Translations under genes and position numbers: made by a program | From: Zootoca vivipara | Taxonomy: Eukaryota | Length of the DNA stretch: 64,000 nt | NCBI RefSeq assembly: GCF_963506605.1 | Contig: NC_083283.1 | Span: forward strand, 34,844,001 to 34,908,000 | Direction: 5' to 3' | Notes under the pieces: model-generated | What the model was told of the DNA's origin: nothing | Seen by the model: the letters and a program-made list of their open reading frames with translations, nothing else | Database searches by the model: none | Shown: piece by piece, positions 50,076 to 62,568 of the stretch | Position numbering within the stretch: position 1 is the first letter of the stretch | How the letters are laid out: the number at the start of each line of letters is the position of its first letter

Positions 50076-51469
50076 AGTCCAAGAGTTACTTCAAAGCAGT
50101 GGTGGGGGACCTCTGAAGTGCAAGCTTAGCTAGACCTGCCAGGCCTCCCACTTTGGCCCACAAGGCCATTTCAGCTAAGTCACACTCACCTGCCTCTGTG
50201 TGCCAAAAACTTTTGCCCACACAGTTTGACTTAGCTGTCAGGTGATAGCCAGGTGGGTGACCCTGCCCACCTGTAAAAATTGACCATCTGTCATAGCCTC
50301 ATCTGAGTCCTGTTGCCGAGCAAGCAGGGGATAGGAGTCTCCGAGGTACAAAGGTATAATAATCATAATCATAATCATAATTTTATTTATACCCCGCCTG
50401 CCCTGGCCAGGACCGGGCTCAGCATGGCTAACACCAAATATATGATGCATTAAAAACACAATCAAAAGAAACTATCTGTAAAGTAACAGCTTATAGCATG
50501 CCAACCCTAGTAGTTAAAGTCAGATCTCTAAACTCTAATCTGCCCAGACTGGTACACCAGCAGACCAGCATGTGTCGCTGATGCTAATATGATTAGGATT
50601 AATTTAGAGAGAAGAGTTCTACCTGTTTCTTAGGGGAAAAACAAGCCTTCAGTATTCTAAGCCAGTAGTCTGTGTACAAGCATTCAACAGCCTTTGGAAA
50701 CTGTCAAAAGAACTCATTGAAGTTGCTTGGGTCAAGGAGAGTTCCCGGATTATTTCTAAGACAAAAGTGTTGACCAAACATGCCCTTCATCCCATGCCAC
50801 CTGGATTCTTTCATAGAGGAACAGAACTTTGTCCCAAAAGTCAGCCTATGAATATATGTGTGTGTGCATGTATACATTGTAAACAGTTTTATCTTGAATG
50901 TCCTGTATTGTGGCGAAAGGCTTATGGAGAGCAAAGGGAGACTCCACTATTCATTTTAAGCGAGTTTAAAGTCCATGTTTCCCTTGAAGACTCCTAGTTT
51001 TGCTAAGAATTATGGCTCAGTTAAGGGTAAACTACATTTCCCAAGGTGGGGGAGGGAGACACACATGTTTGCTTTAAATGTGTGTTAAATGTGATTTTAA
51101 ATGTATGGAGTGCATCACACAAAGACAAAGCAATGAGCACTGCAAAGTCCCTGAGCCTGCGAGCACAGCAGATATATGCATGTATCTTCAGTAAATGGGA
51201 GGACCAGGAGTTATTAATAGCAGAATCCAGAAATTCAAGTGAGAGACTTAAATTACATAGGAGTGACATACCTACTACATCAGGAATCGACACATCTCTA
51301 TTATAGGAAAAGAGGAGCAAGACCCAGTTAAGAAACCCAAGTGACCTATTTAGAATATAAATTAGATGGATTGGTTGCAGTTTTTAATAGATTTATGACA
51401 AAGCCATAGACCCGGATAGTAACTCAATAGGCCATTTGCAACAGCATTTTCTGGACTCAGAAATCTTTA

Positions 51470-51640
51470 ACTCAGCACTGTTGAGGCCAGATGTGGAGCA
51501 CTTTGGATGGGGACCACAGTTCAAGAAGGATATTGCTAAGTTGGAAAGGATTCAGGGGAGAGATTATAAAAGCTGCCATGTTGGCAAAGTATAAATATTC
51601 AAAAAGGAGAAATGTCTTATGAGGAAAGGCTGAAAATTAC
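51470..51640 (+). mobile_element. Old CR1 ORF2 fragment
   Basis: ccacagttcaagaaggatattg..aagttggaaaggattcag and tatgaggaaaggctga match the CR1 peptide PQFKKD..KLER.Q...YEERL seen at 58171-58461. Confidence 0.6.
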
Positions 51641-51831
51641 TTATAGTTCACTTAAAAGAGGTAAGGAGAGGGAGGGGAGGGGGAAGGGGAAGCAAGAGAA
51701 GAAGAGGAAACCTATCGATGAAACATATTGATTGGGTTCTGCTACTATGGGACACCTCTATAGAAAAGTGGTGTAAGAACTTTGTTCTATCTGCCCTAGG
51801 TTTTCCTGCTCCGTTCTTCTTTCTCTTAGCA

Positions 51832-52076
51832 CAGGGGTCAGCAAACATTTTCAGCACGGGGCCGGTCCACTGTCCCTCAGACCTTGTGGGGGGCTGGACT
51901 ATATTGGGGGGGGTGGACGAGTTCCTATGCCCCACAAATAACCCAGAGATGTATTTTAAATAAAAGAACACACTCTACTCGTGTAAAAACATGCTGATTC
52001 CTGGACCGTTTGCAGGCCGGATTTAGAAAGCAATTGGGCCGGATCTGGCCCCCGGGCCTTAGTTTGCCTACCCATC
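51832..52076. mobile_element. 245-bp hAT (Charlie-like) MITE
   Basis: CAGGGGTCAGCAAAC...GTTTGCCTACCCAT(C); TSD TCTTAGCA at 51824-51831 and 52077-52084. Paralog at 61218-61466. Confidence 0.9.
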
Positions 52077-52568
52077 TCTTAGCAGAAGGGGAAGAGGTGG
52101 CGATAGGATGGTGTACTCTGAGGAAGCAGTAGCTATAGCAGTCACAAACGGAGACCCACCTCTGCTGATAATTTATTTGTACATATTCATTCTGCCTGAG
52201 GTCTCCAAGGACAGGGATCCAACATTCCACCCAATGAGTAACCTGCCAAATCCTAACATAAATTGTTAATATGTGAGATGGACTTAATTAATGATGGATA
52301 TGCTCTGTTCCCAATGCCCCCACTCGTGCCTCCCCACGCTATTTCAGTTGCTCTGCTGTCTTTGCCATCAGAACAGCTCTGACAATAGAGAATCCCATCA
52401 GCATATCATAAGAGTTCTGCTAGTATAACTGATGTGCCAGCAAAGTAGCTAGCACAGGAGGACTGCTGTTCAATCCCAAAGCCCTTTTAGCAAGCCTAAC
52501 TCTGACAAAAGTTTGCACCCTTATATTATATTTGCAACAACCTACGTATTTCCAATGTGCACCTTAAG

Positions 52569-53195
52569 TGGAGTGTATGGGATATTAGGGGAGGGGTAGT
52601 GACAGCAGCCACACTCTGGGGGGGGGGGCTTTGACTGGCTGGCTAAATCAGGTGAGGGTAGCTGATGGGTCTCAAACCCTCAGTGAGTTAGGGACTTCCC
52701 CTGCATGTGAAGATAGGCTCTGGAGGATTGAGCAGACAAGACCAATACTGAGTCCAACAGTCAAGAAGGTGGTTTCTGCACATGCTGTAGTGAGGGGCAG
52801 GTGGGGCTCATCCACCTGGAAAGGATAGGTAAAACTCTGGTTCTTAACCTCCACTGCCTTGTGGGATATCTTCAGGAGAAGAAAAGGCTAAGGAGTAAAC
52901 CCTATACAAATCCAAAGTGGAGTACCTAAGATGGTTGTACGGCACCTTGTACGCCTCTCTCTGTCAACTCCTGCAGCCAAGCTGGTGCCAAATATATTGC
53001 TCTGCTTTCCTTTGGACCACATCAGCGAGGCTGAGAGAGGAGTCTTGTCATCTGGGCAGCCCAGGACCTCCATACATACTGCCCAGGCCTGTGCCCCAGA
53101 GGAGATTACTTTAGTGCTGCTAATGGAACACTTTGACTTCATCCCCTGAGGCTCACTCCATTGTCTCTCGAGACAGATGGATGCCAAGAACAGCA
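52569..53195 (+). mobile_element. 627-bp non-coding retroposon (RTE 5'UTR-like, SINE-like)
   Basis: 10-bp TSD GCACCTTAAG at 52559-52568 and 53196-53205; 3' stem-loop CCATTGTCTC-TC-GAGACAGATGG (53158-53180) and a short CAA/CAG tail. No TIR or LTR termini. Confidence 0.7.
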
Positions 53196-54261
53196 GCACC
53201 TTAAGCAGGTGTTATAAGGAGGCAGACACAGGCATGAAGGCAGTCCCAGATTCCTGCGCCAGAGTAACTGATCAGTTCTCCTGAAATCCAGACCTGCTGG
53301 TTTTCTCTTTCTGCTTTCAAGTCCTGTGGTATCAATGAACTTCACCACCTTAGAAAAGCTGCAAGTGCCGATCACATCCATCACCCAGCTAGGCTGAAAG
53401 GAATTGCAAAAAAGCATGAAACAACAATATGAATAGTGCTTTCGGGATCACCTTGTTCATAGAGACTGTGCGCCACAAGGCCGTGAGTCCAAGATAATAA
53501 ACAAGCCTGTGCTTCTCTGAACAGTGATACACACACAATTCACAGTGCAATGTGAAATTTATGTAGGAGAACAATTAACTGTGAAAAGAGCTGACACTTG
53601 CAAGCCATATTCTCTGGATTTAGTGAACTTCTCTTTGTGCAAGATTCCTGTGCAAAATGGTAGACAGGTGGGTGGGGTGGAACAGGCTTTCCATGTGGGA
53701 ATGCAAGATCCATCATGCGGAACAGTTTCTCTGCATTGTATCATTTGTTGTTTACTTCAAAGAAGGAGCTAACCTTTTGCTTCAAGTCTACCCTTCAGTT
53801 CTTGCATATTAAAAAATTGAGCTTCTGAAGTGCAGAACAAAAGGTACTTCTTTCTAATCTTTTAATAGCCAAAACCCTTAGACTATAAAATGAGACCTAT
53901 TAAATACTAATTAACATTAATGAAAATGGCCTGATTCTCACCTAGGTGACTACAAATAATACAGCAATGTCTAGACGGAGAACTGTTTCGTTTCACAAGT
54001 GAATTGACTGTCAAAGACAATGGATGGCATCTGCATAAAACAGATGACAAAGGTGGGAGGGGCGAGGAGGGGATCACACTAGCTTCCCAAAAAGCAATAT
54101 CACTTTTGTTACTTCTCTATTTTTTTCCTCGTACACTGAGGAGCTAATTAATCACCTACCAATGGTGGAGTTAAAAGATTCAACAGTATATATGCTTATT
54201 AGGAAATATCTGCAGGAATCACATTCATGTTAAACTGCAAAGATTCATGTCATTTCTCACA

Positions 54262-54460
54262 GAACCATAGTCAGGCACCTCAAAAGTCATGCAGTCCAAC
54301 GCCCTGATGGTGCAGAGAATTAGCTGCTGCAGCATCCCTAAGAGGTAGCCATCCAGCCTCTGCTTAAAGACCTCTGATGAAGAAGAGGCCACCACCTATT
54401 GAGACAAGCCTCTTCCCCTGCCAAGCAGCATGGACCATCAGGAAGTTCTTCCTACTGTTT
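54262..54460 (-). mobile_element. Old CR1 3' fragment
   Basis: agcctctgcttaaagacctc and tcaggaagttcttccta match the CR1 copy at 57828-58474. Confidence 0.7.
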
Positions 54461-55566
54461 ATCACAGTCCTCTTCTTTATCATCTGATAAGTTGCTCCTG
54501 TTCTTTCTATGAATTTGATGATATGGCTTTACGCTTTAGTTTGCTATGATGCAACCTGCTCTGGGACCATCAGTCAATGTAGGAAAGACTAGAAATTTAA
54601 CAAGCAAACAAAATAAACTATCAGGGGTTGGGTTGGGAGGAGCTGGAGCACCCTGAGAAAGACTTGCCTGGGTCTCAAGAAAGAAAAAGAGAAGAGGGAA
54701 GCAGGAAAGAACTTGTTTGTTGAGGCTTCTAGCTCTAGTCTAGTGTTTGTCTGTTGGCATCAGCTTTTGCCAACCTGCTGCCCTCCAGATGTTCTGTACT
54801 AAAAAAACCACACCCATTGGCCCCAGCCAACACAGCATCCTAAAACACAGATGCATTTATCAATGTATTCTGAAAACAACACGGAAACAAAGCAGTAGGA
54901 AGGAAAGAACTTGCATTTTTCCTTGTTCTGATCCTGATCCTGATCAAACCGTTTAATGATGCCTTTTTTGGATTGTGCACACTAAAGAGCATTACTTTAA
55001 ACCCCACCCCCATATACAAGCTAAGCAAGATCTTCCTTTCTGTCTCTGTGTATAGGAGTAGATTCACAGACGGCTCTTCGCATTTCGTTAAACGAGCGTT
55101 CAACTCCCTGATTCCTATTGATTTTGTGTATGCAATGCAGTTAAAATGAATTAAAAGTCAGACTCCATGCGGTGCAGAATTCCCACAAGTAGAACTTCTA
55201 CAACCTAGGTCAGTTCTAGACAATACTGTATTTGCTATTTTCAGGAGGGATGCAAAATCACATGTCAGCAAATTCTGGTTGTGCAGTTATAGCTGATTGG
55301 GAGGTTTTGCCCAACAAACTCACTTTTCCAAAAGATCAGACTTCTTGCAAGAAGGAAAGTGAACGAGAAATGCCCTGGGAAGTATGGAATAATATTTGTT
55401 TTGACTCAATGTCATCTAACCTTCCTTGAAAACAAATCAGAATGAACGCTCAGAAAAGAGGTTGTTTGGAAATGCCCCTACAACCAAGTGTTAAACTTGT
55501 TTCAAGCAGCCATGGTGCATATGTGTGAGAGAAACATAACTGGCTTCCTGCAGCAACCCTATTGAG

Positions 55567-55702
55567 CAGCACAGGCAAACTCCGGCCCTCCAGATGTTAT
55601 GGGACTACAATTCCCGTCATCCCTGACCACTGGTCCTGTTAGCTAGGGATGATGGGAATTGTAGTCCTAAACATCTGGAGGGCCGGAGTTTGCCTATGCC
55701 TG
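55567..55702. mobile_element. 136-bp hAT MITE
   Basis: Same family as 46879-47013; TSD CTATTGAG/CTATTAAG. Confidence 0.88.
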
Positions 55703-57343
55703 CTATTAAGTGTGTCTTTAAACCTTTCTTGGGAAAAGGGCGCATTAAAAGGTGATGTTTCTACCCACCAGAGTTAATAGCAATTTTCTGAGGGGATGAT
55801 TTAAAGTTGGATAATGACAAAGAGGGGAAAGTGTTAACAGTGCAACCTGGCAAATCTGTGTCCATTTGCAGTTATTTTAAAAGAGTTGAATTTTGTTAGG
55901 AGGTCCAGTTGTGTGTAGTTTGGCACCCAAGGTCTTCACCTCACAGAACAGCAGTTCACAGTGTGGAATTCAATTGGCTGTAGCGCCTCCTGCAAGGACC
56001 GCACTCTCTGAAGTGAGGATCTCAGAGCAGGAATTTCCTCCTTCCCTGAAATATGACTGATCCTCTTTTGCCAGCCCTGACCAGTTTTAAGAAACACAGT
56101 AATGTAATTTTGGATACACTAACCTACTTTTGGATACACGTAAAAGGGGGAAAGGTGGTTACTCTGTCTTGCAAGTTCGGTTTTTATTACACTGCTAAAA
56201 ATACACAAACAAAAAGAAGGAAATAGTATCATGAGCCACTAGTATAAAGGAAAGAACCGGGAGTAACGCTTAAACAGAGTAGATGAATCTTTTGAAATAA
56301 GAGAAAAATAGAGCAGAGATGAAGATTTTAAATTCAGTTCAATTCCCCCCCCCCCCCTATTATGCAGGACTTCAGCATCAACAACTAGCAATTGAGGAGA
56401 GAGATACACCATTATACTTATTTATAGCATTAACTCTTTTGCATTTATCCACACAAATGAAACTATAAAAGAAACAAAATATAAAAGGAACGTGTGGTTC
56501 TTTCATTAGCTTGTCTGTAATGTTGGATTGGACCCCATAAATTAATGTGTATAAGGGGGAAAGGGAAAGGGGGGTGGGGGGGGAGAGAAGAATTCAAAGC
56601 TTTGCCATTGTAATTACAGCTCTTTAAATATCAAAAGACACAAAAGAAGATTCCTTTTGAAAAGGGTGCTGACATTCTTGGCAAGCTGCTATTAAATACT
56701 TGCATAAATCTGCAGTTTGTATCTCCTTGGCAAGCATAGGTGACATTGCTATAATAGTATAGGTCTTTGTTAAGGCGACTAGGTGTGCTTCCTGGGTTTC
56801 TTGTGTCTTCTCTGTGAGAGGGTCCCACTTGTTGTTCTAGTACAATACTTCAAAATGGAGACCAAAGTAGAGTAAGAGCAGGATGCCTGTCTGAAAAACA
56901 ACCTGGGCCAAGGCTTTGTCATACAGAGCAGGGACCAGCATATTGGAGTAATTCCTGATCTGATGGTCATGGTACACTAGTGGACAGAATGATTTCCACC
57001 AAGACCGAGATGGGGAACCTCAGGTCCAGGGGTCAAATTGAGCTCACCAGGAAGACTCTCCATCCCCCCTCTGCAGACTGCATGTCTCACTGGTCCTGCT
57101 CCACACCCTCCTCAAGTACTTTTGATGGACTGCATTCTTGGACTATGACAATGCCTTGTGTTTGTTTGTTTGTTTTATAAAATGTATTAACCAGGTTTTT
57201 CAGATTAAAATTTTACAGTCAAATATCCAACATACAACATAAAAATGAGATTCCAAGGAATCTCCTGGACTTCCCTTCCTCCCCTTTGTGGGTCCCATTT
57301 CCTCCTGCATCTTTTATGATAATCCAAATCTTTCACCTCTCCA

Positions 57344-57784
57344 TTGTTGTTGTTGTTGTTGTTGTTGTTACTTTATTTATTTATTCATTTATACCCTGCC
57401 CATCTGGCTGGGTTTCCCCCGCCACTCTGGGCGGCTTCCAACAAATACCAAAATACATTAAAATATCACAGATTAAAAACTTCCCTAAACAGGGCTTCCT
57501 TTAGGTGTTTTCTAAATGTCAGGTAGTTGTTTATCTCCTTGACCTCCGATGGGAGGGCGTTCCACAGGGCGGGCACCACTAACAAAAAGGCCCTCTGCCT
57601 GGTTCCCTGTAGCTTTGCTTCTCGCAGTGAGGGAACCGCCAGAAGGTCCTCAGCGCTGGATCTCAGTGTCCGGGCTAAACAATGGGGGTGGAGACGCTCC
57701 TTCAGGTATACTGGACCGAGGTCGTTTAGGGCTTTAAAGGTCAGCACCAACACTTTGAATTGTGCTCGGAAACGTACTGGGAGG
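57344..57784 (-). mobile_element. L2-clade LINE 3' end
   Basis: ORF 57466-57798 encodes LPVRFRAQFKVLVLTFKALN...LWNALPSEVKEINNYLTFRKHLK; (AAAT)n/(AAC)n tail. Confidence 0.92.
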
Positions 57785-57827
57785 TCTCTTGTGTCCAAAA
57801 TTGTGTCACTACAAGCTATATTCCAAT

Positions 57828-58474
57828 CATAGAATCATAGAGTTGGAAGAGAAGAGACCACAAGGGCCATCCAGTCCAACCCCCTGCCAAGCACGAAACA
57901 CCATCAAAGCATTCCTGACAGATGGCTGTCAAGCCTCTGCTTAAAGACCTCCAAAGAAGGAGACTCCACCACACTCCTTGGTAGCAAATTCCACTGCCGA
58001 ACAGCTCTTACTGTCAGGAAGTTCTTCCTAATGTTTAGGTGGAATCTTCTTTCTTGTAGTTTGAATCCATTGCTCCGTGTCCGCTTCTCTGGAGCAGCAG
58101 AAAACAACCTTTCTCCCTCCTCTATATGACATCCTTTTATATATTTGAACATGGCTATCATATCACCCCTTTACCTTCTCTTCTCCAGGCTAAACATACC
58201 CAGCTCCCTAAGCCGTTCCTCATAAGGCATCGTTTCCAGGCCTTTGACCATTTTGGTTGCCCTCTTCTGGACACGTTCCAGCTTGTCAGTATCCTTCTTG
58301 AACTGCGGTGCCCAGAACTGGACACAGTACTCCAGGTGAGGTCTGACCAGAGAAGAATACAGTGGTACTATTACTTCCCTTGATCTAGATGCTATACTCC
58401 TATTGATGCAGCCCAGAACTGCATTGGCTTTTTTAGCTGCTGCATCACACTGCTGACTCATGTCAAGTTTGTGG
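57828..58474 (-). mobile_element. CR1 LINE 3' end, 5'-truncated, one frameshift
   Basis: Encodes [19 protein letters not shown]...[15 protein letters not shown] and RTRSNGFKL...RKNFLTVRAVRQWNLLP; (ATTCTATG)n tail. Confidence 0.95.
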
Positions 58475-59770
58475 ACATCCTACTAACGATTTTTAACTGT
58501 TTTCAATGGTCTTTAAGATAAGTTATAAATTTTCCCCATTCCTTATTCGTATTTTGGTCTTCCCGGTTTCTAGTTTCTAATTCTTCCAGTTATTTTAGCC
58601 ATTTGGACATAATCCATCAACTTTATCTGTCATTCTTCTCTGGTAGGGACTTTTATCTTCTTTCCATCTCTGGCAGGACGATGCCTTGTTTGCCTGGATG
58701 GAGGATGGGAAGCCTGGTATGACTCTTACACAACTGGCTTCCGCTACAGTCTGTTTTATTGTCTTATACTTATATACTTCTGATATATTTTTATGAAGTG
58801 GTGGTATACATTCCTCAAATAAATAGTAAAATATTAAACACTTAGGGTCCTTCCAGGTGGCCGTTTATTGTGGGCATGCAGGTTTTGCACAGCTTCCACA
58901 CAACATCCTCTCATCCAAATGCTGTTCTGTTCTATTTTCCCATTTAATCTGGATTTGTTGTTTCTGGGGGAAATCCAGTAAAACAACACCGACTTACAAA
59001 TGTAGAAAATATATGCTTGGATTAAATTGGGGGAAGAGGGTGCAAAAATATGGGATGGCATTTCAATGAGGATGAGACTACGTAAAACTTTAGAAGCACC
59101 CTTAACATTTTTGCCGCTAGGTAGCTTGATATTAATCTCCTCCAATGACCAAAGAGAAAAAAATAGTTTTGTTATACGTGTAGCCTGTGCTCATTGTCTT
59201 CAAGAACACCATGGGAAATCGTCCAAACTGACAGACTGCAGAATTCTGTGTAAAAAGGAACATGAGTTGTGGGGTGGGCTTTTTCCTCCTTTGAAATATC
59301 ACTATTAAAAATACTGCCTTTATTTAAAAAGTAGAAATCCATTTGGACTCCTTGAGACAGTCCTAAACTACCTTGCAAGGCTGTTGTAAGAATAAAGAGG
59401 GTGGGGACCAGATGTGCCCCCGTGAACTCCTTGGAGAAAAGGCGGAATATAAATGAAATCAGTACTTTGTGACTTAACGGTGAAATCCTATATGCTTACT
59501 CGGAAGTAAGACCCATTGAACTGAAGGAGTCATAGGATTCTACTTTGACACAACTTAAGTATGTTGTCTCCTATTGTCATATTAACTCATTGTGGAATAT
59601 GAGAAGAGTCGATGATGCCTTTAAAAATGGAGTGGGTATCTTTAATTTTACTGCTTTTCTTCCATTTTCTACAGCTGCTATTATAGCTGAAAAAATGCTT
59701 GTGTGTCGAAACACCTTATCTAGACAAAACAAAATGTGGCTTGCTCTGAAATAGCTTGAAAATCCTGCTC

Positions 59771-59789
59771 TACTGCCATCTGCCGGTGA
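59771..59789 (-). promoter_or_regulatory. Candidate CTCF binding site
   Basis: Minus strand CCGGCAGATGGCAGTA fits the core CC[AG][CG][CT]AG[AG][GT]GGC[AG][CG]T[AG]; lies in non-repeat sequence. Confidence 0.5.
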
Positions 59790-59928
59790 ACTAAAGTTTT
59801 TTTAAAAGCTATTTTCACCCTTTCAGAACATGAATGCCCTTAATTTCTATTGGTGTTTGGTTTGGTTTGTTTGTGGGGGAGAAGAACCATATCACTCTGA
59901 ACCATTTTAACTGGCTTGAACTGGTTAA

Positions 59929-60015
59929 GAGTGTATCTGAAGAAGTGTGCATGCACACGAAAGCTCATACCTATGACAAACTTAGTTGGTCTCTAAGGTG
60001 CTACTGGAAGGAATT
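59929..60015 (+). mobile_element. Penelope-like element terminal fragment
   Basis: gtgtatctgaagaagtgtgcatgcacacgaaagctcatac...ttagttggtctctaaggtgctac is the typical reptile Penelope pseudo-LTR motif. A short stub that may be related sits at ~61815-61838. Confidence 0.75.
59933..59970 (+). ncRNA. Minimal type I hammerhead ribozyme
   Basis: GUAU-CUGAAGA-A-GUGUGCAUGCACAC (stem II)-GAAA-GC-UC^-AUAC. Catalytic boxes intact; predicted cleavage after C59966. Confidence 0.75.
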
Positions 60016-61217
60016 TAGTTATTTTTTGTTTTGGTTAAGAGTTTGACAGATTGTGGAAGTAACAAAGGAACTGGAGATACAACAGATACAACAGATACAA
60101 CTTTGAGTGCCTTGCTATGCAGGGCACCCAGGGTGAAATGTTATGGATCACATGCTCCCTACTTTTATAAATGCAGTTTTCATCCCAGGATTCACTTAGG
60201 TTTGTATGGGGGTCAGATCTCAAGGAACAACTTGATGCATCTCACTGGATAACGATCTGGTCTACCAAGGATCTGTGTTGTCCAGGGATGGAAAACCTCT
60301 GGCCCTCCCGTTCTTGCTCAATTCCATTTCCCATTAGCCCCAAGAGAGCATGGCCAATGACCGGGGATGATGGAAGCTGCAGTCCAGCAACTTAGAGATT
60401 GCCACTGATTTCCCATTCATGGTTTAGCGCATACAGAAAATGTTCAAAAGTTAGGCTGGGAAACTATCATACATTAGATAGGCCTTTTCCACTATGATGA
60501 GGAATCCTGGCATACCTTTCACTTCTCATTTCTTAGCAAAATGACAGCGTATGTTTTATAAACTCGACCGTGGAATAATGATCATCACTAAGTTCTCAGT
60601 GATTCACCAAGATGTTGGCAGGATTTAGATAAGAGAGGGAAACTAGATCATCTTTATCTGCAAGAGCAAGTTCTAATCATCCAAATATGCTGCAAGACAC
60701 AGTCCAAAATGAAGCTAGAAAAATAAATGAGGAACAGGTTAAGCCTCCATCCCAGTGGCATTGACTTTCCTTTCACCCGTATAACTGCCTTTTAGCACAT
60801 TATAAGGTTAAAATATAGCTCCACACTGGGGGCCTTTGGCTGCATTCAACATAGCAATGGTGCAACTATGCTTGCATAAAAATAATTCACAATTCCTTCC
60901 TATTGTAATTCCTTGCTCACTGCTGAAAGTCTCTCCTGAGACCCACCAGAAAGGCCTAGGATATGGGGCAGGGGCTGTGGTGTGAGAAGGAAATTGGGGG
61001 TAATAGGTGGAGGCAGACTGTGCAAGCAAAGTAGTGTCCAGGGGAACACTGCAGGCTCCAATACATATTAGTTTATCATAATTTCCATTTCCTTAACCAC
61101 TTCATTCATAAAGCTCTGAGCCAATGAGCACTCCTACAGCATAGGAATACATCTACACCTATCTTTGAAGTTGCACTTTCCCCAACTTGAACCATTCCCC
61201 TTCTACACAAGTTAGAT

Positions 61218-61466
61218 CAGGGGTCAGCAAACGTTTTCAGCAGGGGGCCGGTCCACTGTCCCTCAGACCTTGTTGGGGGCCGGACTATTTTTTTTGGGGG
61301 GGGGAACGAATTCCTATGCCCCACAAATAACCCAGAAATGCATTTTAAATAAAAGCACACATTCTACTCACGTAAAAACACACTGATTTCCGGACCGTCT
61401 GCGGGCCGGATTTAAAGGCGATTGGGCCGGATCTGGCCCTCGGGCCTCTTGGTTTGCCTACCCATG
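61218..61466. mobile_element. 249-bp hAT (Charlie-like) MITE
   Basis: CAGGGGTCAGCAAAC...GTTTGCCTACCCATG; perfect TSD AGTTAGAT at 61210-61217 and 61467-61474. Confidence 0.92.
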
Positions 61467-62531
61467 AGTTAGATGCTCAATAGAATCTAAATTGGAAGAA
61501 CTCACAACATAGGGCTCTAACAGAATAAGGGAATTCTATTCCACAACTTTGTCCACCAATCTTCTGCCATATCCCTAATTCTCCTTTCTATTCTCTTGCA
61601 TAAATCTATCCTGGCGTTCAATACCAGGCAACACAGCATGGGTACCAGCAACCTACTTTTAGGTTAGCTTGCTGCAGTGACCTGTTCATTTGATTATTCA
61701 TTTGATGTTTTAATACATACTAAGAGAACAAACATATCAGCGTTGATCTAACATCAGTCAGGTATTCAAATATATGCTATGGGACAGACCAAATCTTAAA
61801 CATTCAGAAGTTCTAGTTACAGGTAGGTAGCCGTGTTCAGAAGTTGTGAGTGACATCCAAGCACTAAGATTTTTTTGATTTACTGTACTGTTCTTGTGAA
61901 CAGTCTTTATGCTCACATGAAACTATGTAAGAAACCCACAGTCAATTAGATCAGCAAGGATTTGCTGTTCTGGAGATTCAATGTATTGTGGCAGATTTAG
62001 AGATATCGCTGAGTAAACGATCAGCACAATGCTTGCAACTCTGTCACAGACCTGGCTTTGTTACCTGTCTTCCCACAGAGGAATCCCTGATAAGTTCCCA
62101 TAGAAGAGTTTTAAAGCTATGTTATAACAGCTGTCCTACATAAATTCCATTGGGAATCCACAAGTGTCATTACTAAATCCGATAGCGCTTACGTAGCTTT
62201 CACATGTGCTTTGAAACCCACCACAACATAGTAAGGCTAAAGTGATTAGTAATTTCTGTTCTATTCCAGAGAGATGACAAAACGACAAAGTTCCTTCTTT
62301 TCTTTTTTTTGACAAAGTTACTTCTTGCCTTCCTTTTATGCAGTGTCTATCACTGGAACTATATTTACTCCATGAGTAATGTTCCTTAAAATTCTCATGC
62401 TTTTAAATTCCATCATGTCCTGAGCTATAAATACTCTATCCGTGTCAACTGGAATTTCCTCTGTATTTATTACACTCTGGCAAATGCCACTCATTGGAAG
62501 AGCAGTCATCCCAACTATTATAGGGAAATTT

Positions 62532-62533
<2 letters not shown>

Positions 62534-62566
<33 letters not shown>
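62534..62566. repeat. (GT)n microsatellite
   Basis: Direct sequence. Confidence 0.95.

Positions 62567-62568
<2 letters not shown>

Larger units (their letters stand above)
57170..58672 (-). mobile_element. L1-clade 3' fragment split by nested L2 and CR1 insertions
   Basis: 58475-58672 on the minus strand encodes KIKVPTREE.QIKLMDYVQMAK, homologous to 36286-36603. 3'UTR-like pieces lie at 57785-57827 and 57170-57343. Confidence 0.55.
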
